A DNA stretch of 63,991 nt, counting the filler, from Octopus bimaculoides (Eukaryota), in NCBI RefSeq assembly GCF_001194135.2. It is 7 parts of 7 records of this genome, joined end to end, with 100 filler letters (N's around TTAATTAATTAA, not from the genome) between each part and the next. Parts side by side here need not be neighbours in the genome. Positions count along the whole stretch, not along the records: positions 31,042 to 59,424 come from NC_068989.1; 6 more parts are not named here. One strand, given 5' to 3'. Both the position numbers and the translations under genes were made by a program. The stretch's first letter is position 1, and every line of letters begins with the position of its first letter. Positions 37,348 through 50,285 of the stretch are shown one piece after another. Below the pieces are notes generated by a model. It was not told where the DNA came from, searched no databases, and worked only from the letters and a program-made list of their open reading frames with translations.

Positions 37348-39863
37348 CTGCAAACAATACAAAATTATTAATAGTATTAGACATGTATGTTAGAAGGGTA
37401 CTTTATTTTGAAAGGGTTTCTCTTATTTTCACATCACCATATTACTTAAAGAGAAACTCTACTGAAACCTGGTTATTTATATATATCATCATCGTTTAAC
37501 GTCCGCCTTCCATGCTAGCATGGGTTGGACGATTTGATTGAGGACTGGTGAAACCGGATGGCAACACCAGGCTCCAATCTAATTTGGCAGAGTTTCTACA
37601 GCTGGAGATATATATATATATATATATATATANNNNNNNNNNNNNNNNNNNNNNNNNNNNNNNNNNNNNNNNNNNNNNNNNNNNNNNNNNNNNNNNNNNN
37701 NNNNNNNNNNNNNNNNNNNNNNNNNNNNNNNNNNNNNNNNNNNNNNNNNNNNNNNNNNNNNNNNNNNNNNNNNNNNNNNNNNNNNNNNNNNNNNNNNNNN
37801 NNNNNNNNNNNNNNNNNNNNNNNNNNNNNNNNNNNNNNNNNNNNNNNNNNNNNNNNNNNNNNTTTTTTTTTTTTTTTTTTTCTCTCCTGTGTCTCATTTA
37901 TTTAATTTAAACACGGTTCTCATAATCTTTTTGCAGCATCACTAAGTCTGAGCGAAAGAAGTTGGACCCAAGATCTGACTCAAATGTATGCAAGAGAGCA
38001 AACCACAATAAAAGCGCACAAAAGCAAGGAGACGGATGGTGTCCACCAACCAAAGTGAAAATAATGAAGAAACAACGACTGACAGGTTACCACAGTATAA
38101 TGGTGGTTACCACAGAATCTATCATCAGACCTGATCTAAGTACTTGAAATAAAGTGTACTTCAACTGAGGCTTCTAAGGGCAGAAGGGAGACCTGCAGAA
38201 CAACTAGCATTAGCATTTAATGTGACAGGGACAAAAAAGGATCAGACAGGCCTCGAGAGACAAAGTATATTATCATTATTATTACCATTATTTATAAGAC
38301 AGTTAGCTGGCAGAATCATTAGTCTAATAGCATTTTGTCTGTCTTTACGTTCTAAGTTCAAATTCCACCGAGGTTGACTTTGCCTTTCATCCTTTCAGGG
38401 GTAGATAAAGTGAGTAGCAGTTGGGTACTGGGATCAATGGAATCGACTTAATCCCCTCCCTCAGAATTTCAGGCCTTGGGTCCATAGACGAAAGAAATAT
38501 TATTATTATTTATAAGGTGGAGAGCTGGCAGAATCATTAGCAGGTGAAAGTAAAGAAAACACACACCCGGGGTTTAGGGGTAAGATTTTTGTAACGCCGA
38601 AAACGGGTGCACATATTCTTTACCTCTGCTCATTAGCATGCTGGACAAAATATTTAACAGCATTCTGTTTGTCTTTATGTTCCGAGTTCAAATTCCGAGG
38701 TGCTCGTCTTTATCTTTGTTCCTTTTGGGGTCAATAAAATAGATACCAACATAGGACCGAGATCGATGTAATCAACTTTCTCTTCCCCCGAAATCGCTGG
38801 CCTTGGGCCAAAATTTGCAACCATTATTATTTATGTTCTTTGGAGAAACAGAGGCCACTGCAGTTGTGTCAGACGTAGAAAGGGTAAACATTGATTCAAA
38901 GTCAGTCGCTGTAATACGTTGGCGAGGGGGTTACCGCTAATTAGTCATATAGCATTCTTTCTCATTCAGTCAAATAAACAGTTGACACATCAATCATTAA
39001 AAATTTCACTAATCAATTAATTAGCAGCTGTTCACATAGAGAATGTGCCTTAACGCAGGCACACTACTTTGCTAGAAATAACAGAGAACTATTTAAATTA
39101 CACACTATTAAAAAAAATTGGAAACACTAGTTTATGTAGTCCCAGGTACATTGTCTGGAAAAAGACGGAATAATCAATGTGGGAATGTATTTGAGTCAAG
39201 ATATGCTGGAGTACGCTTCCGTCTTAATAAAAACAGGGGAAAGAAAAGACTGAATCTAATCCTGGACATCATATCTGACGAAAAAAGTGGGATGGCTGCA
39301 ATTAGAACATATATGGTCTGTTGGATAATGAGTGAACTGGAGGCGGGGGAAAGATAAATAAGAATAAAGACAAGAACCACGGGGGTGGTTGTCAAATGAT
39401 TCGATAGGCTCAAATTAAAAACATGAGGAACAGCAACAAAGGAGTCGCTATGCGGTACTTGACCAGTGGTAGAAATAGCAGAGAAATCACATGTTACAAT
39501 CTTTTAAAAAGGAAACAAAAGGAAGGATATAGAGCAGAGAGTGTAATTATAGATATGCACAATAAACAGGGTGGTCATAACTGGAACGTCTTTGACTATA
39601 GGTGTGCTCAAGCAGGAGTGACCAGGAGTTAAAACACCGGTAACAACAAAACACATCAGAGTGACTTGCACTTCTCAAAATGATGGATGGAACTGATGTC
39701 CGTCTTTTAACCTAGAAAAACAAACCGTGAGAATATAAAAACACTTTTGTAATTATATTTTCAAAGACACCCGTCTTTGAACAATGCATCCGTATACATA
39801 TGGGTCTCTGTTTATGGCCAGAGTATTTGCTATTGTTGTAATATTAACCAGATGTTTTCTTAC

Positions 39864-39884
39864 CTGTTCAGACATTTTCGTCAT
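39864..39884 (-). CDS. PSMC5: PSMC5 coding exon 1 (MTKMSEQ)
   Basis: ATG ACG AAA ATG TCT GAA CAG|GTAAG; phase 0 joins exon 2; ends in EQ like the human first exon (MALDGPEQ). Confidence 0.78.
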
Positions 39885-40100
39885 GTTTCTGGTGAATGGA
39901 ATTCTGGGAAATCTCTTCAGCTTCCGTCTTCCAAACAGAAAAAATGTTATAAAGAGAAAGGAGAATCTACGGATGGACAGAATTGATACAATTTCATACA
40001 ATATTATAAGGATGGAGATATTTCAGTGGGTGTAAATATTTTTATATACGAAATTATGGCGGTAGTTAACAAAAGAAACCCGGAGTATCCGGCCAAAAAT
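39885..40100 (-). promoter_or_regulatory. putative PSMC5 5'UTR/promoter
   Basis: Position upstream of the ATG; locally CpG-containing; ETS-like CGGAAG and YY1-like ATGGCGG (40036-40042); motif matches only. Confidence 0.3.
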
Positions 40101-41344
40101 GTCTTGGAGTATTGAGTTACTTCCCTTCACGTTATAAGTTCGAATCCAGTCAGAGTCGATTGGTAAACTTTCACAATAGTTATCATGATTAAGATTAATA
40201 ATTTTTTTTTTTCTTTTGGGCTTTTGAGATGTTATTTCTTCTCAGCATTTTTCGTTATTTTCTTGTGTCTTACAAGCTGAAACATTTGTAATTCGCATTT
40301 AGAAATTTAAAATATTTTTTTCGAAAATCCATATTTATCAATTTTTTAACCCCCTCCTCCCCATGTCTTACGAATAGTTGTAACGATTCGTCGACGTCAC
40401 CTTTGCCTTTTTCATCTTTTGGAGTCGGTAAAAATTAAGTATCACTTGATTATCCAAATTCGTATAATTGACTAGCCTCTCCCCCCGACCCAAATTACCG
40501 ACCTTCTACCAAAATTTAATTTTTTTTTTTTCGTTGTTTTACGTTATTTTATAAAATCTTTTCCACTATAGGCATAAGCCCTTGCATTAAGGAGGGTATC
40601 AGAGTGTTTGAGTTACATTAGACCCCAACAAACGCCCATAAATTAAATGCATCTATCTGGGCCACAATCGTGGCCTGTCGACCTGTGCCTGGTGGCCACG
40701 ATCGTGGCCCGTCGCGCTTTATGTGTTAACTGTCAAATTTTTTTATTCACATTTTTTGGCTTTGCCAGGTGTCTTAGGAGTTAAAGTAGTATATAGTATT
40801 TAAATCCAAGGTTTTAATAAGCCATTTAAATCACACAAAAACCGTTAGATTCACTTCAACATTTAAATTTAATTTGCAGCACAGAATTTTGTCAGTGAAC
40901 AGGTTGCAGTCTCAAAGCAACGAAAATATTTTGACAAATTAGAATAAGAATAGCCTTACCTCTGCTGGTGACAAAAGACCTCTCACTCAGAGTAAAAGGC
41001 AGACTGTATGGCGCATGTGTACAAACATTCAGCCCACTTATGCATACCTTCCTTCATTGGACTCTAAACTCCGTTTGCGAAGACATGTTGAGGCAAGTGA
41101 AATCGAAATCGAACTAAATTCGACGACTGGCACCCATGGATAAAGGGGTCCACTAGAATAAAATAGTAATATAAGGTGTTCATAGGGGTAAAAAAATTAT
41201 TGAGGATCACTGTTCTAAATAAATTAGGCTTTCCTTTCAGATATTAAAGTGTGGGAATAGCATACAAATTCCAAACAATTTTGCCAAAATTTCTTTAAAT
41301 TTGGTGATAAAAAGAAAATTTTTTTATAGTTAGTAATGAAAACT

Positions 41345-41535
41345 TACTCTTTACTCTTTTACTTGTTTCAGTCATTTGACTACGGCCATGCTGGAGCACC
41401 ACCTTTAGTCGAGNNNNNNNNNNNNNNNNNNNNNNNNNNNNNNCTCTTTTGCCGAACCACTAAGTTACGGGGACGTAAATACACCAGCATTAGTTGTCAA
41501 GCGATGTTGGGGGACAAACAAACACAGACACACAA

Positions 41536-41572
<37 letters not shown>

Positions 41573-41740
41573 CATATATACGACGGGCTTCTTTCAGTTT
41601 CCGTCTACCAAATCCACTCACAAGGCTTTGGTCAGCCCGAGGCTATAGTAGAAGACACTTGCCCAAGGTGCCACGCAGTGGGACTGAACCTGGAACCATG
41701 TGGTTCGTAAGCAAGCTACTTACCACACAGCCACTCCTAC
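41345..41740 (-). mobile_element. tRNA-derived SINE, family B, near full length
   Basis: Reverse complement of 43293-43698 with internal (CA)n(TA)n. Confidence 0.85.
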
Positions 41741-42339
41741 GCCTTGATAATAGAACGAAAAGAAGCGAGGTCACACATGGAATAGAAGGATATGGAGGAC
41801 ACTGGTCTGTGGAGGTGGTGGGGAGGGGTCAGAGAGATGTGAATAACATGTGGTGTTATGAACCTGTCATATGATTCAGCATGAAACATCTCAAATTTAA
41901 CCAGATAACAGATTTTCTTGGTGAGACGCATGACAATAAAATTATACATTTCTTGTTTGTAAATTAATTATAAATCTTTCCCCCTGCGTTTTGTTTTTTT
42001 TTTCTCATCTGGTTTAAAGAGAGTGATGGCTGGAGAATATTGTAGAAACAAAAAAGTAGAAAAGGGGACATATATTGTAAGGGCTGAGAGAAGGGTTGAG
42101 GGCTTACATGTATCAATGGGAGAAGGGTGAACATACTGTAGACTAGAAGAATTGGGGAAACCTTGTAGAACTGGGAGAATGTGAGGCATTTTGGAAATGG
42201 GAAAAGGGAAGCATTTTGTAGGACTGAGAGATGGGAGTACATATTTTAGGACTGAGAGAAATGGGTGGACATTACAGGGCTGAAAGAAGTTGCTGTACAT
42301 AGCAGGAATAAAAAAAAACAGAAGCTGGAATAAAGGGGT

Positions 42340-42770
42340 TTTCATTGTAGAGCTAGGAGAAGGGGATACAGATTGTAAGGCTGGGAGAGGGGGGGGCAGA
42401 TTGTAAGGCTGGGAGAATGGGGGACAGATTGTAAGGCTGGGAGAAGGGAGGACAGATTTTAGGGTTGGGAGAAGGGGGCATAGATTGTAGGATTGGGAGA
42501 AGGGGACACAGATTGTAGGGCTGGGAGAAATGGATATAGATTATGAGGTTGGGAGAAGGAGACACAAATTGTAGGGTTGGAAGAAGGGGACACAGATTGT
42601 AGGGTTGAGAGAAGGGGACATAGATTGTAGGGTTGGAAGAAGGGGACACAGATTGTAAAGCTGGGAGAAGGAGACACAGATTATGAGGTTGGGAGAAGGG
42701 GATACAAATTGTAGGGTTGGAAGAAGGGGGACACAGATTGTAGGGTTGGGAGATGGAGAGCACATAGTAG
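42340..42770. repeat. 28-bp G-rich minisatellite (about 15 copies; degenerate units back to about 42030)
   Basis: Unit GGGAGAAGGGGACACAGATTGTAGGGTT. Confidence 0.88.
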
Positions 42771-43292
42771 GGGAATGAGCAAAGTATAGAGCTAGGAGAA
42801 AGGGGTACGTATCATAGAAGTACATGAAGAGGGCTGGCCTAAAATGCTGAAATACCTTGGTGCCCTACCCTGGTTGTAATGTGCGCATGAAATAAAGCGA
42901 CAATACATTCATTATGAAGGAATAAATTGACAGACATTACTATATAGACTTAATGCTTGTTATGGCATACAATAGACAGACAGATGTATGCTATAATTGT
43001 AATACACAATAGAAAGAAAGAAATATACACATAGTATAAGATTGTAACATAAAGTTATTTAATTGGAAAGGAAACTGAACAGTGTTTTTCAATGGATGCT
43101 CTCAACCTTTACATTATTATTGAAGGATGACTAAATATAAGAGTAATATTTAGAGGAGTTAGCAGAATGATAGACAAATTAACTTGCCATATTTTCTTTG
43201 AGTTTATATAATGTGGGTTCAAATCCAGCTGGAGGTCAGCTTTTTCTATCTTCTGTTTTTGTTTTTTTTTAAATGATAAAAAAAATAATGAA

Positions 43293-43698
43293 GCAGGAGT
43301 GGCTGTGCGATAAGTAGCTTGCTTACCAACCACATGGTTCCGGGTTCAGTCCCACTGCGTGACACCTTGGGCAAGTGTCTTCTACTATAGCCTCAGGCCG
43401 ACCAAAGCCTTGTGAGTGGATTTGGTAGACGGAAACTGAAAGAAGCCCATCATATATATGTATATATTTATGTATGTATGTGTGTTTGTATGTCTGTGTT
43501 TGTCCCCCCAACATCGCTTGACAACCGATGCTGGTGTGTTTACCTCCCCGTAACTTAGCGGTTCGACAAAAAGAGACCAATAGAATAAGTACTAGGCTTA
43601 CAAAGAATAAGTCCTGGGGTCGATTTACTCGACTAAAGGCAGCGCTCCAGCATGGTCACAGTCAAATGACTGAAACAAGTAAAAGAGTAAAAGAGTAA
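43293..43698 (+). mobile_element. tRNA-derived SINE, family B, full length
   Basis: GCAGGAGTGGCTGTG head, GGTTCAGTCCC box, CACCTTGGGCAAGTGTCTTCT core, (TA/TG)n middle, (AAAAGAGT)n tail. Confidence 0.88.
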
Positions 43699-43789
43699 AG
43701 CACTAATTAATTTGTGATGAGTTAGAACCAGCTGAGGTTATTGTGTTATTAGTTTGTCTATCATTGATGACAACGACCAAGAACAACAC

Positions 43790-44392
43790 ATGGGAGAATA
43801 AGACAGGGTGTGGTGTGTCCAGTTGCAGCCAATCAGTCCAATGTGTGCTCAGAAGGCTCTGCCACAGGTCAGGCACCGGTGGTCTGCTGGGACTGAAGGC
43901 AAAGAGCTGGTTTGGGATTTGCATACTTTGTGCTTTCTTTGTGCCCCTGCAATCCTGTTCTGTTCATTAGAGGTGGGACCTCTGTTGGGGCAGTTTCACC
44001 AGGCAGGGCAGTCTTTTGCTTGTGTTTCCCAGGAGTCAGGGTTGATCTCAAAACTTTACTGTGAGGCTTTGATTGTATCCTTGAAGCTGAAGAGACTAGC
44101 AGCTAGTATAGTCCCCTGGGGTGACACATGCTTTGGGGTTCCATGTCTTGTGTTTGGGATCTTTGAAATAAAAGGGAGAAAATGGAAATAAGAAATAAAA
44201 GATATTCCTAGATTTAATAAATTGAATTAAAGACTTTCATGAGACTTTTGTAATGTTTATGGATTGCAGTGAAATGTGCAGCTGTTGTGGAATTGGTGTG
44301 ACAGTCAGTGGGTGTAGGGCTGGTCAGCTGATACTTGTAGATGACATGGTGCTCATCAGAAGGTGGTCTGCAGCATACACCGTGTATACTGC
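43790..44392 (-). mobile_element. decayed RTE (BovB-like) LINE 3' fragment
   Basis: Broken frames give HQFHNSC, FKDTIKAS, WETQAKDCPAW and C-terminal CLTCGRAF*AHIGLIGCNWTH, resembling the RTE CxxCGRxFRARIGLxSHxRTH knuckle. Confidence 0.65.
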
Positions 44393-45080
44393 ACATAGAC
44401 AATTCGGTGCATAGACAATTCGGCAGATAGACAATTCAGCAGATAGACAATTCAGCAGATAGACAATTCAGTGCATAGACAATTTGACAGATAGACAATT
44501 TGGCAGATAGACAATTCGGCAGATAGACAATTCGGCAGATAGACAATTTAGCAAATAGACAATTCAGCAAATAGACAATTCGGCAGATAGACAATTCAGC
44601 AAATAGACAATTCAGCAAATAGACAATTCAGTAGATAGACAATTCGGCAGATAGACAATTCAGTGCATAGACAATTTGACAGATAGACAATTCAGCAGAT
44701 AGACAATTCGGCAGATAGACAATTCAGCAGATAGACAATTCAGCAGATAGACAATTCAGCAGATAGACAATTTGGCAGATAGACAATTCAGCAGATAGAC
44801 AATTCGGCAGAAAGACAATTCAGTAGATAGACAATTCGGCAGATAGACAATTCAGCAAATAGACAATTCAGCAGATAGACAATTCAGCAAATAGACAATT
44901 CAGCAAAAAGACAATTCGGCAGATAGACAATTCAGCAAATAGACAATTCAGCAAATAGACAATTCAGCAAATAGACAATTCGGCAGATAGACAATTCGGC
45001 AGATAGACAATTCGGCAGATAGACAATTCAGCAGATAGACAATTCAGCAGATAGGCAATTCAATGCATAGACAATTTAGC
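44392..45080. repeat. 16-bp minisatellite (about 43 copies)
   Basis: Unit AGATAGACAATTCAGC with variants CGGC, AAAT, GTGC. Confidence 0.96.
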
Positions 45081-45399
45081 ACAAGGCATTCTATTGAACT
45101 TAGGCAAAAGTTAATTTTGGGATGAAAAAAAAAGAAGAAAAATTTCAATTATTTATTTAAAAACATGTAAAAATAAAAAGCAGTAAATACTAAACTACTT
45201 TGAACTAGTAATTCATCATCATCATAATTAGCTAGTTAATTTACAGGTTCTACTCCTTATGAAGATTTTTTAAAACAATTTTTTTCGTCAGGGCCCCTGA
45301 ATTCAGCTTACTCCAGAGCACCTGCAACCCAAGACCCAGTCCAGTGAGGGTTAATGCAACTGACTAAACCAGGGGTCTGAATTTTGCATAGAAAAATTA

Positions 45400-45601
45400 T
45401 ATCATCATCATCATCATCATCATCTTCATCATCCTCATTATCATCATCATCTTCATCATCCTCATCATCCTCATCATCATCATCATCCTCATCATCATCC
45501 TCATCATCATCATCATCATCCTCATCCTCATCATCATCATTCTCATCATCATCATCCTCATCCTCATCATCATCATCTTCGTCATCAACCTCATCATCTT
45601 T

Positions 45602-45640
<39 letters not shown>

Positions 45641-45650
45641 GTCATCTTCG

Positions 45651-45690
<40 letters not shown>

Positions 45691-47007
45691 CATCATTCTC
45701 ATCATCATCATCATCATCAACCTCATCAACCTCATCATCCTCATCATCCTCATCATCATCATCATCATCGTCGTCATCATCAACATCGTCATCCTCATCA
45801 TCATCATCATCATCTTCATCATCATCTTCTTCATCATCATCCTCATCATCGTCATCATCAACATCGTCATCCTCCTCATCATCATCATCATCCTCATCAT
45901 CACCATCATCACCATCCTCATCATCATCATCATCATCATCCTCATCATCGTCATCCTCATCATCATCATCCACATCATCATCATCATCATCATCATCTTC
46001 ATCATCATCTTCTTCATCATCATCCTCATCATCGTCATCAATATCGTCATCCTCATCATCATCATCATCATCCTCATCAACACCATCATCATCATCCTCC
46101 TCCTCCTCCTCCTCCTCATCATCATCATCATCACCATCCTCATCATCGTCATCCTCATCATCATCATCATCATCATCATCCTCATCCTCATCATCATCAT
46201 CTTCGTCATCAACCTCATCATCTTTATCATCGTCATCATNNNNNNNNNNNNNNNNNNNNNNNNNNNNNNNNNNNNNNNNNNNNNNNNNNNNNNNNNNNNN
46301 NNNNNNNNNNNNNNNNNNNNNNNNNNNNNNNNNNNNNNNNNNNNNNNNNNNNNNNNNNNNNNNNNNNNNNNNNNNNNNNNNNNNNNNNNNNNNNNNNNNN
46401 NNNNNNNNNNNNNNNNNNNNNNNNNNNNNNNNNNNNNNNNNNNNNNNNNNNNNNNNNNNNNNNNNNNNNNNNNNNNNNNNNNNNNNNNNNNNNNNNNNNN
46501 NNNNNNNNNNNNNNNNNNNNNNNNNNNNNNNNNNNNNNNNNNNNNNNNNNNNNNNNNNNNNNNNNNNNNNNNNNNNNNNNNNNNNNNNNNNNNNNNNNNN
46601 NNNNNNNNNNNNNNNNNNNNNNNNNNNNNNNNNNNNNNNNNNNNNNNNNNNNNNNNNNNNNNNNNNNNNNNNNNNNNNNNNNNNNNNNNNNNNNNNNNNN
46701 NNNNNNNNNNNNNNNNNNNNNNNCCACATCATCACCATCATCATCATCCTCATCCTCATCATCATCATCATCGTCGTCATCATCAACATCGTCATCCTCA
46801 TCATCATCATCATCATCATCATCAACATCATCATCATCATCTTCATCATCATCTTCTTCATCATCATCCTCATCATCGTCATCAATAGCGTCATCCTCAT
46901 CCTCATCATCATCATCCTCATCAACACCATCATCATCATCATCATCATCCTCATCCTCCTCCTCCTCATCATCATCATCATCATCACCATCCTCATCATC
47001 GTCATCC

Positions 47008-47051
<44 letters not shown>

Positions 47052-47065
47052 TTCGTCATCATCAT
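45400..47065. repeat. large interrupted (CAT)n satellite with N gap
   Basis: CAT/CCT/CGT/CTT triplets; recurring variant blocks. Confidence 0.95.
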
Positions 47066-48186
47066 TTAACATCCACTTCTCCATGCATGTATGGATCAGA
47101 CAGAATTTGTTGAAACAGATTTTGTGCAGCCAGAAAGCCCTTCATATGAACTTACAGTACTGCGGGGGAACAGACTCAACATTTCTCACCAGCTAAGGCA
47201 GACTCAATATCAGGAATCGGTCAATGAAACCTTTGTCAAGTGATGGCACACAGCCTCATTCCTTAATAAAGTCAGCAGCCAATGATTTTTTTCACTCTGA
47301 TCAGAGCACCATTTGCCACAGAAGATTAGTTTCCAACCCATGGGGATAAGCAACCCAGCTGAAACCAGCTCAAGGTGGATAGACTTGATAAGAGGCCACA
47401 AATGGGTTAATTCTGCAGGCAAAGCCTAACTCAGTTCTCACTACTCCACTCAAGTGAAGCATTCAGGCTAAGGAGGTGAGACACTTGTGAACCTGAGATG
47501 GCTGCTCATGATACAGAGGTGTTTTTGACATTGCAGTACATTTAGAGGGAGAGCTTACAAATCCTCGAAGTAGCTTATTGCAGGTTCTGTGAGGGCAAAG
47601 CATCTCCAATGTTTATTTCATCCAACATATGTATGTATGTATGTATGTGTGTGTGTGTATAGAGACAGATGGACAAAGAGAGACACAGACACATAGATAG
47701 ATAGACAGACAGACGGACGGACGGACAGATGGACAGACGGACGGACAGATAGATAGACAGACGGACAGACAGACAGATGAAAAGACAGATGGACGGACAG
47801 ACAGATGGACAAACGGATGGATAGATGGATGGATGGATAGATGGATATATATATATGGATAGATAGACCGATAGATAGCTAGAGAGAGAGAAAGAGATAG
47901 ATAGATAGATTGATAGATACATTTCTTTTATTAGCCACACAGGGCTCAACAAAGATGGGACGAATACAATGTAGAGCTTTTCTTTTTAGGAGGGGGAAGA
48001 GAAAAAAAAAAAAGTAGGGGTGGGTGTCGATCAAAAGGGATCGTAGGAAGGAAAAAAGGGGGGAGTTCGATCAAAAGGGACCGAGAGAAAAAAAAAAAGC
48101 GATCAATAGGGATCGTGTATCACAGTAATTAGATTAATAGATAGAAAGATGGATGTATGGATGGATGGATGGATGGACGGACGAAG

Positions 48187-48233
<47 letters not shown>

Positions 48234-48369
48234 ACTAGGCAGGCAGGTTGATATGTAGGAATGTTGGTAGGTAAGTTGATAGATATAGATAATGATAAAT
48301 ATATATGAATTTATCTGATTCCAGCATCCAGATATTTAATAAAAGTTGACGGAATTTCTAACATTGGGA

Positions 48370-48770
48370 AGCACCAGCATACAAAAATGTTGATGACTCT
48401 CTCCCGGATATCATCTCCCTCTGCACACAGCACCGCGTCTGGTTCTTGTCAGAATGACATACAAGTGCCCATGCATAAATCAAATTAGCAGGACAGAACA
48501 AAACTCTGTTATACAATGATTGACATTGAGATTTAGAGACTGCCATTATCAATTCGGTGCCGTAGTCCTGAAAAGCTGAATGGCAGAATGGTATCAGAAG
48601 GCTTTGTCTTAATTCTTGGCATAATAACATGTTTACCATTCTGTAACAAACATGGCCTTCGAGTAGGCATTCATGTAAATGGGTTATTCAAATGCTTGCT
48701 CCATTGCAAATATCGTTTGTCTTTGCAATAACATTACAAAAAAGCATTGCTTTTCCAAGGTCAGTATAGG
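48370..48770 (-). mobile_element. Helitron RepHel PIF1-helicase C-terminal remnant
   Basis: Frameshifted ICNGASI..GKHVIMPRIKTKPSDTILPFSF..MAVSKSQCQSL..FMHGHLYVILTR, matching LCNGTRL..IPRI..PSD..LPF..INKSQGQSL..FSHGQLYVALSR. Confidence 0.78.
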
Positions 48771-49949
48771 TTGTGTGTGAGTCACTTTACCAAAGCTGAA
48801 GATGTTTAGCAACCCATCAGATAACGGTACAGATTATTGTTCTAAGATAAAGAACTATAATCAGATTATTGTTCCAAGATATAGCTATGGCTTTAGAATC
48901 TGTCTCTCTTCAGTATCTCCTACTGAGGAAGACTAAAGAGGCAGAAACAGATCAAGGTGTTTGCTAGAGGAAGGCACTGAGCAGATATGGTGTTTTTATA
49001 CTTTTTTACTACAAGCAAAAATTTTTTTTTACTCCACAGTAACTGCAAAGAATTTACTTTTAAATATTAAAGAATGTCACAAACTTATTTTAACTAAATT
49101 CAAGTTTGTGTCTGAATCATTGCAGAAACTAATATATGTGGCATGTCCGCAACTGGACACAAAGCATCTTGTCATCATCACCATCATCGTCATCATCACC
49201 ATCATCACCATCATCATCATCATCATCATCATCATCATTTAATGTCCACTTTTCCACGCGAAACTGGACTGGAGCAACGTGAAATAAAGTGTCTTGCTCA
49301 AGAACACAACACACAGCCCGGTCCAGGAATCGAACTCACTACCTCATGATTGTGAGCCTGACACTCTAACAACCTGAAACATGTGCCTTCACTATATATA
49401 TATTTATAGAAGATACAGGAGGAACAATTAATTATGATTTTATTCAACATATTCCCCTCTCAGACTCACCCACTTATTGCAGCAGTCCTTCAGTTTTTCT
49501 AAGCCCTGTGAAAGAACTTGGAAGGTTGGGCCTCCAACCAGGCCTTTCGTGATACCCTTAAAGCCAGGAACTTTTCAGCATCCGCACATTCACACACATG
49601 TATGAGTGTGTGCATGTCTAAAAGTGTTTGTGTCTGTGTTTGTCTGTCTGTCTGTCTGTCTGTGAGATTGTGTGTATGTGTATCTGTGTGTGTGTCTATG
49701 AGTATGTCTGTGTGTCTGTGTGTGAGACTGTGTGTCTGTACATGTGACTCTGTGTGTGTATTCTGTTTATTACATGTATCACAGAATAAGCAGAACATGT
49801 CATTCCACAGCTGCAAGCAGTGGTAGCACCGTAAAACTGAAGAGTGTTTCATGAGCTCACAAAACTAGATTCAAGTCATTATTGCTATTGCATGAAGACG
49901 TAAGCATTATGTCTATCTCTATTATCACCATCAACCCCCACCTCACCCC

Positions 49950-50285
49950 CACACACATCTTCCATCACCATCACCACCAACATCATCATCATCATTGCCA
50001 CCACAATCACTAACACCCCATTACCATCACCACCATCACATTTGCCATCATCACCACCACCACTACCACCACTACCACCACCATCATCATCATCATTATT
50101 GTCACCAACACCACCATCATCATCACCATCATCATCACCATCGTCATCATCATCGTCATCATCATTATCATCATCATTGTCACCCTCACTACCATCACCA
50201 CCACGACCACCATCATCATCATCGTCATTATCACCATCTCTATCATCAGCACCACCAATACCACCACCACCACCATCATCATGAC
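49950..50285. repeat. (CAT/CAC)n microsatellite
   Basis: Direct reading. Confidence 0.9.

Noticed and set aside
40865-40975. Possible micro-inversion between AATTTG and CAAATT, and a strong minus-strand donor near 40955
   Set aside because: The inversion depends on my recollection of a repeat consensus not present in the window; the donor has no supportable exon.
44100-44190. Good-looking minus-strand splice acceptor at 44160
   Set aside because: Downstream frames hit stops and the sequence is explained as an RTE remnant.
44392-45080. CRISPR-like appearance of the regular array
   Set aside because: Units are contiguous with no unique spacers, and the context is eukaryotic.
45308-47069. 585-aa and 561-aa ORFs (poly-Met/Asp/Ser)
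   Set aside because: Read-through of a (CAT)n satellite and an N gap; no domain or splice support.
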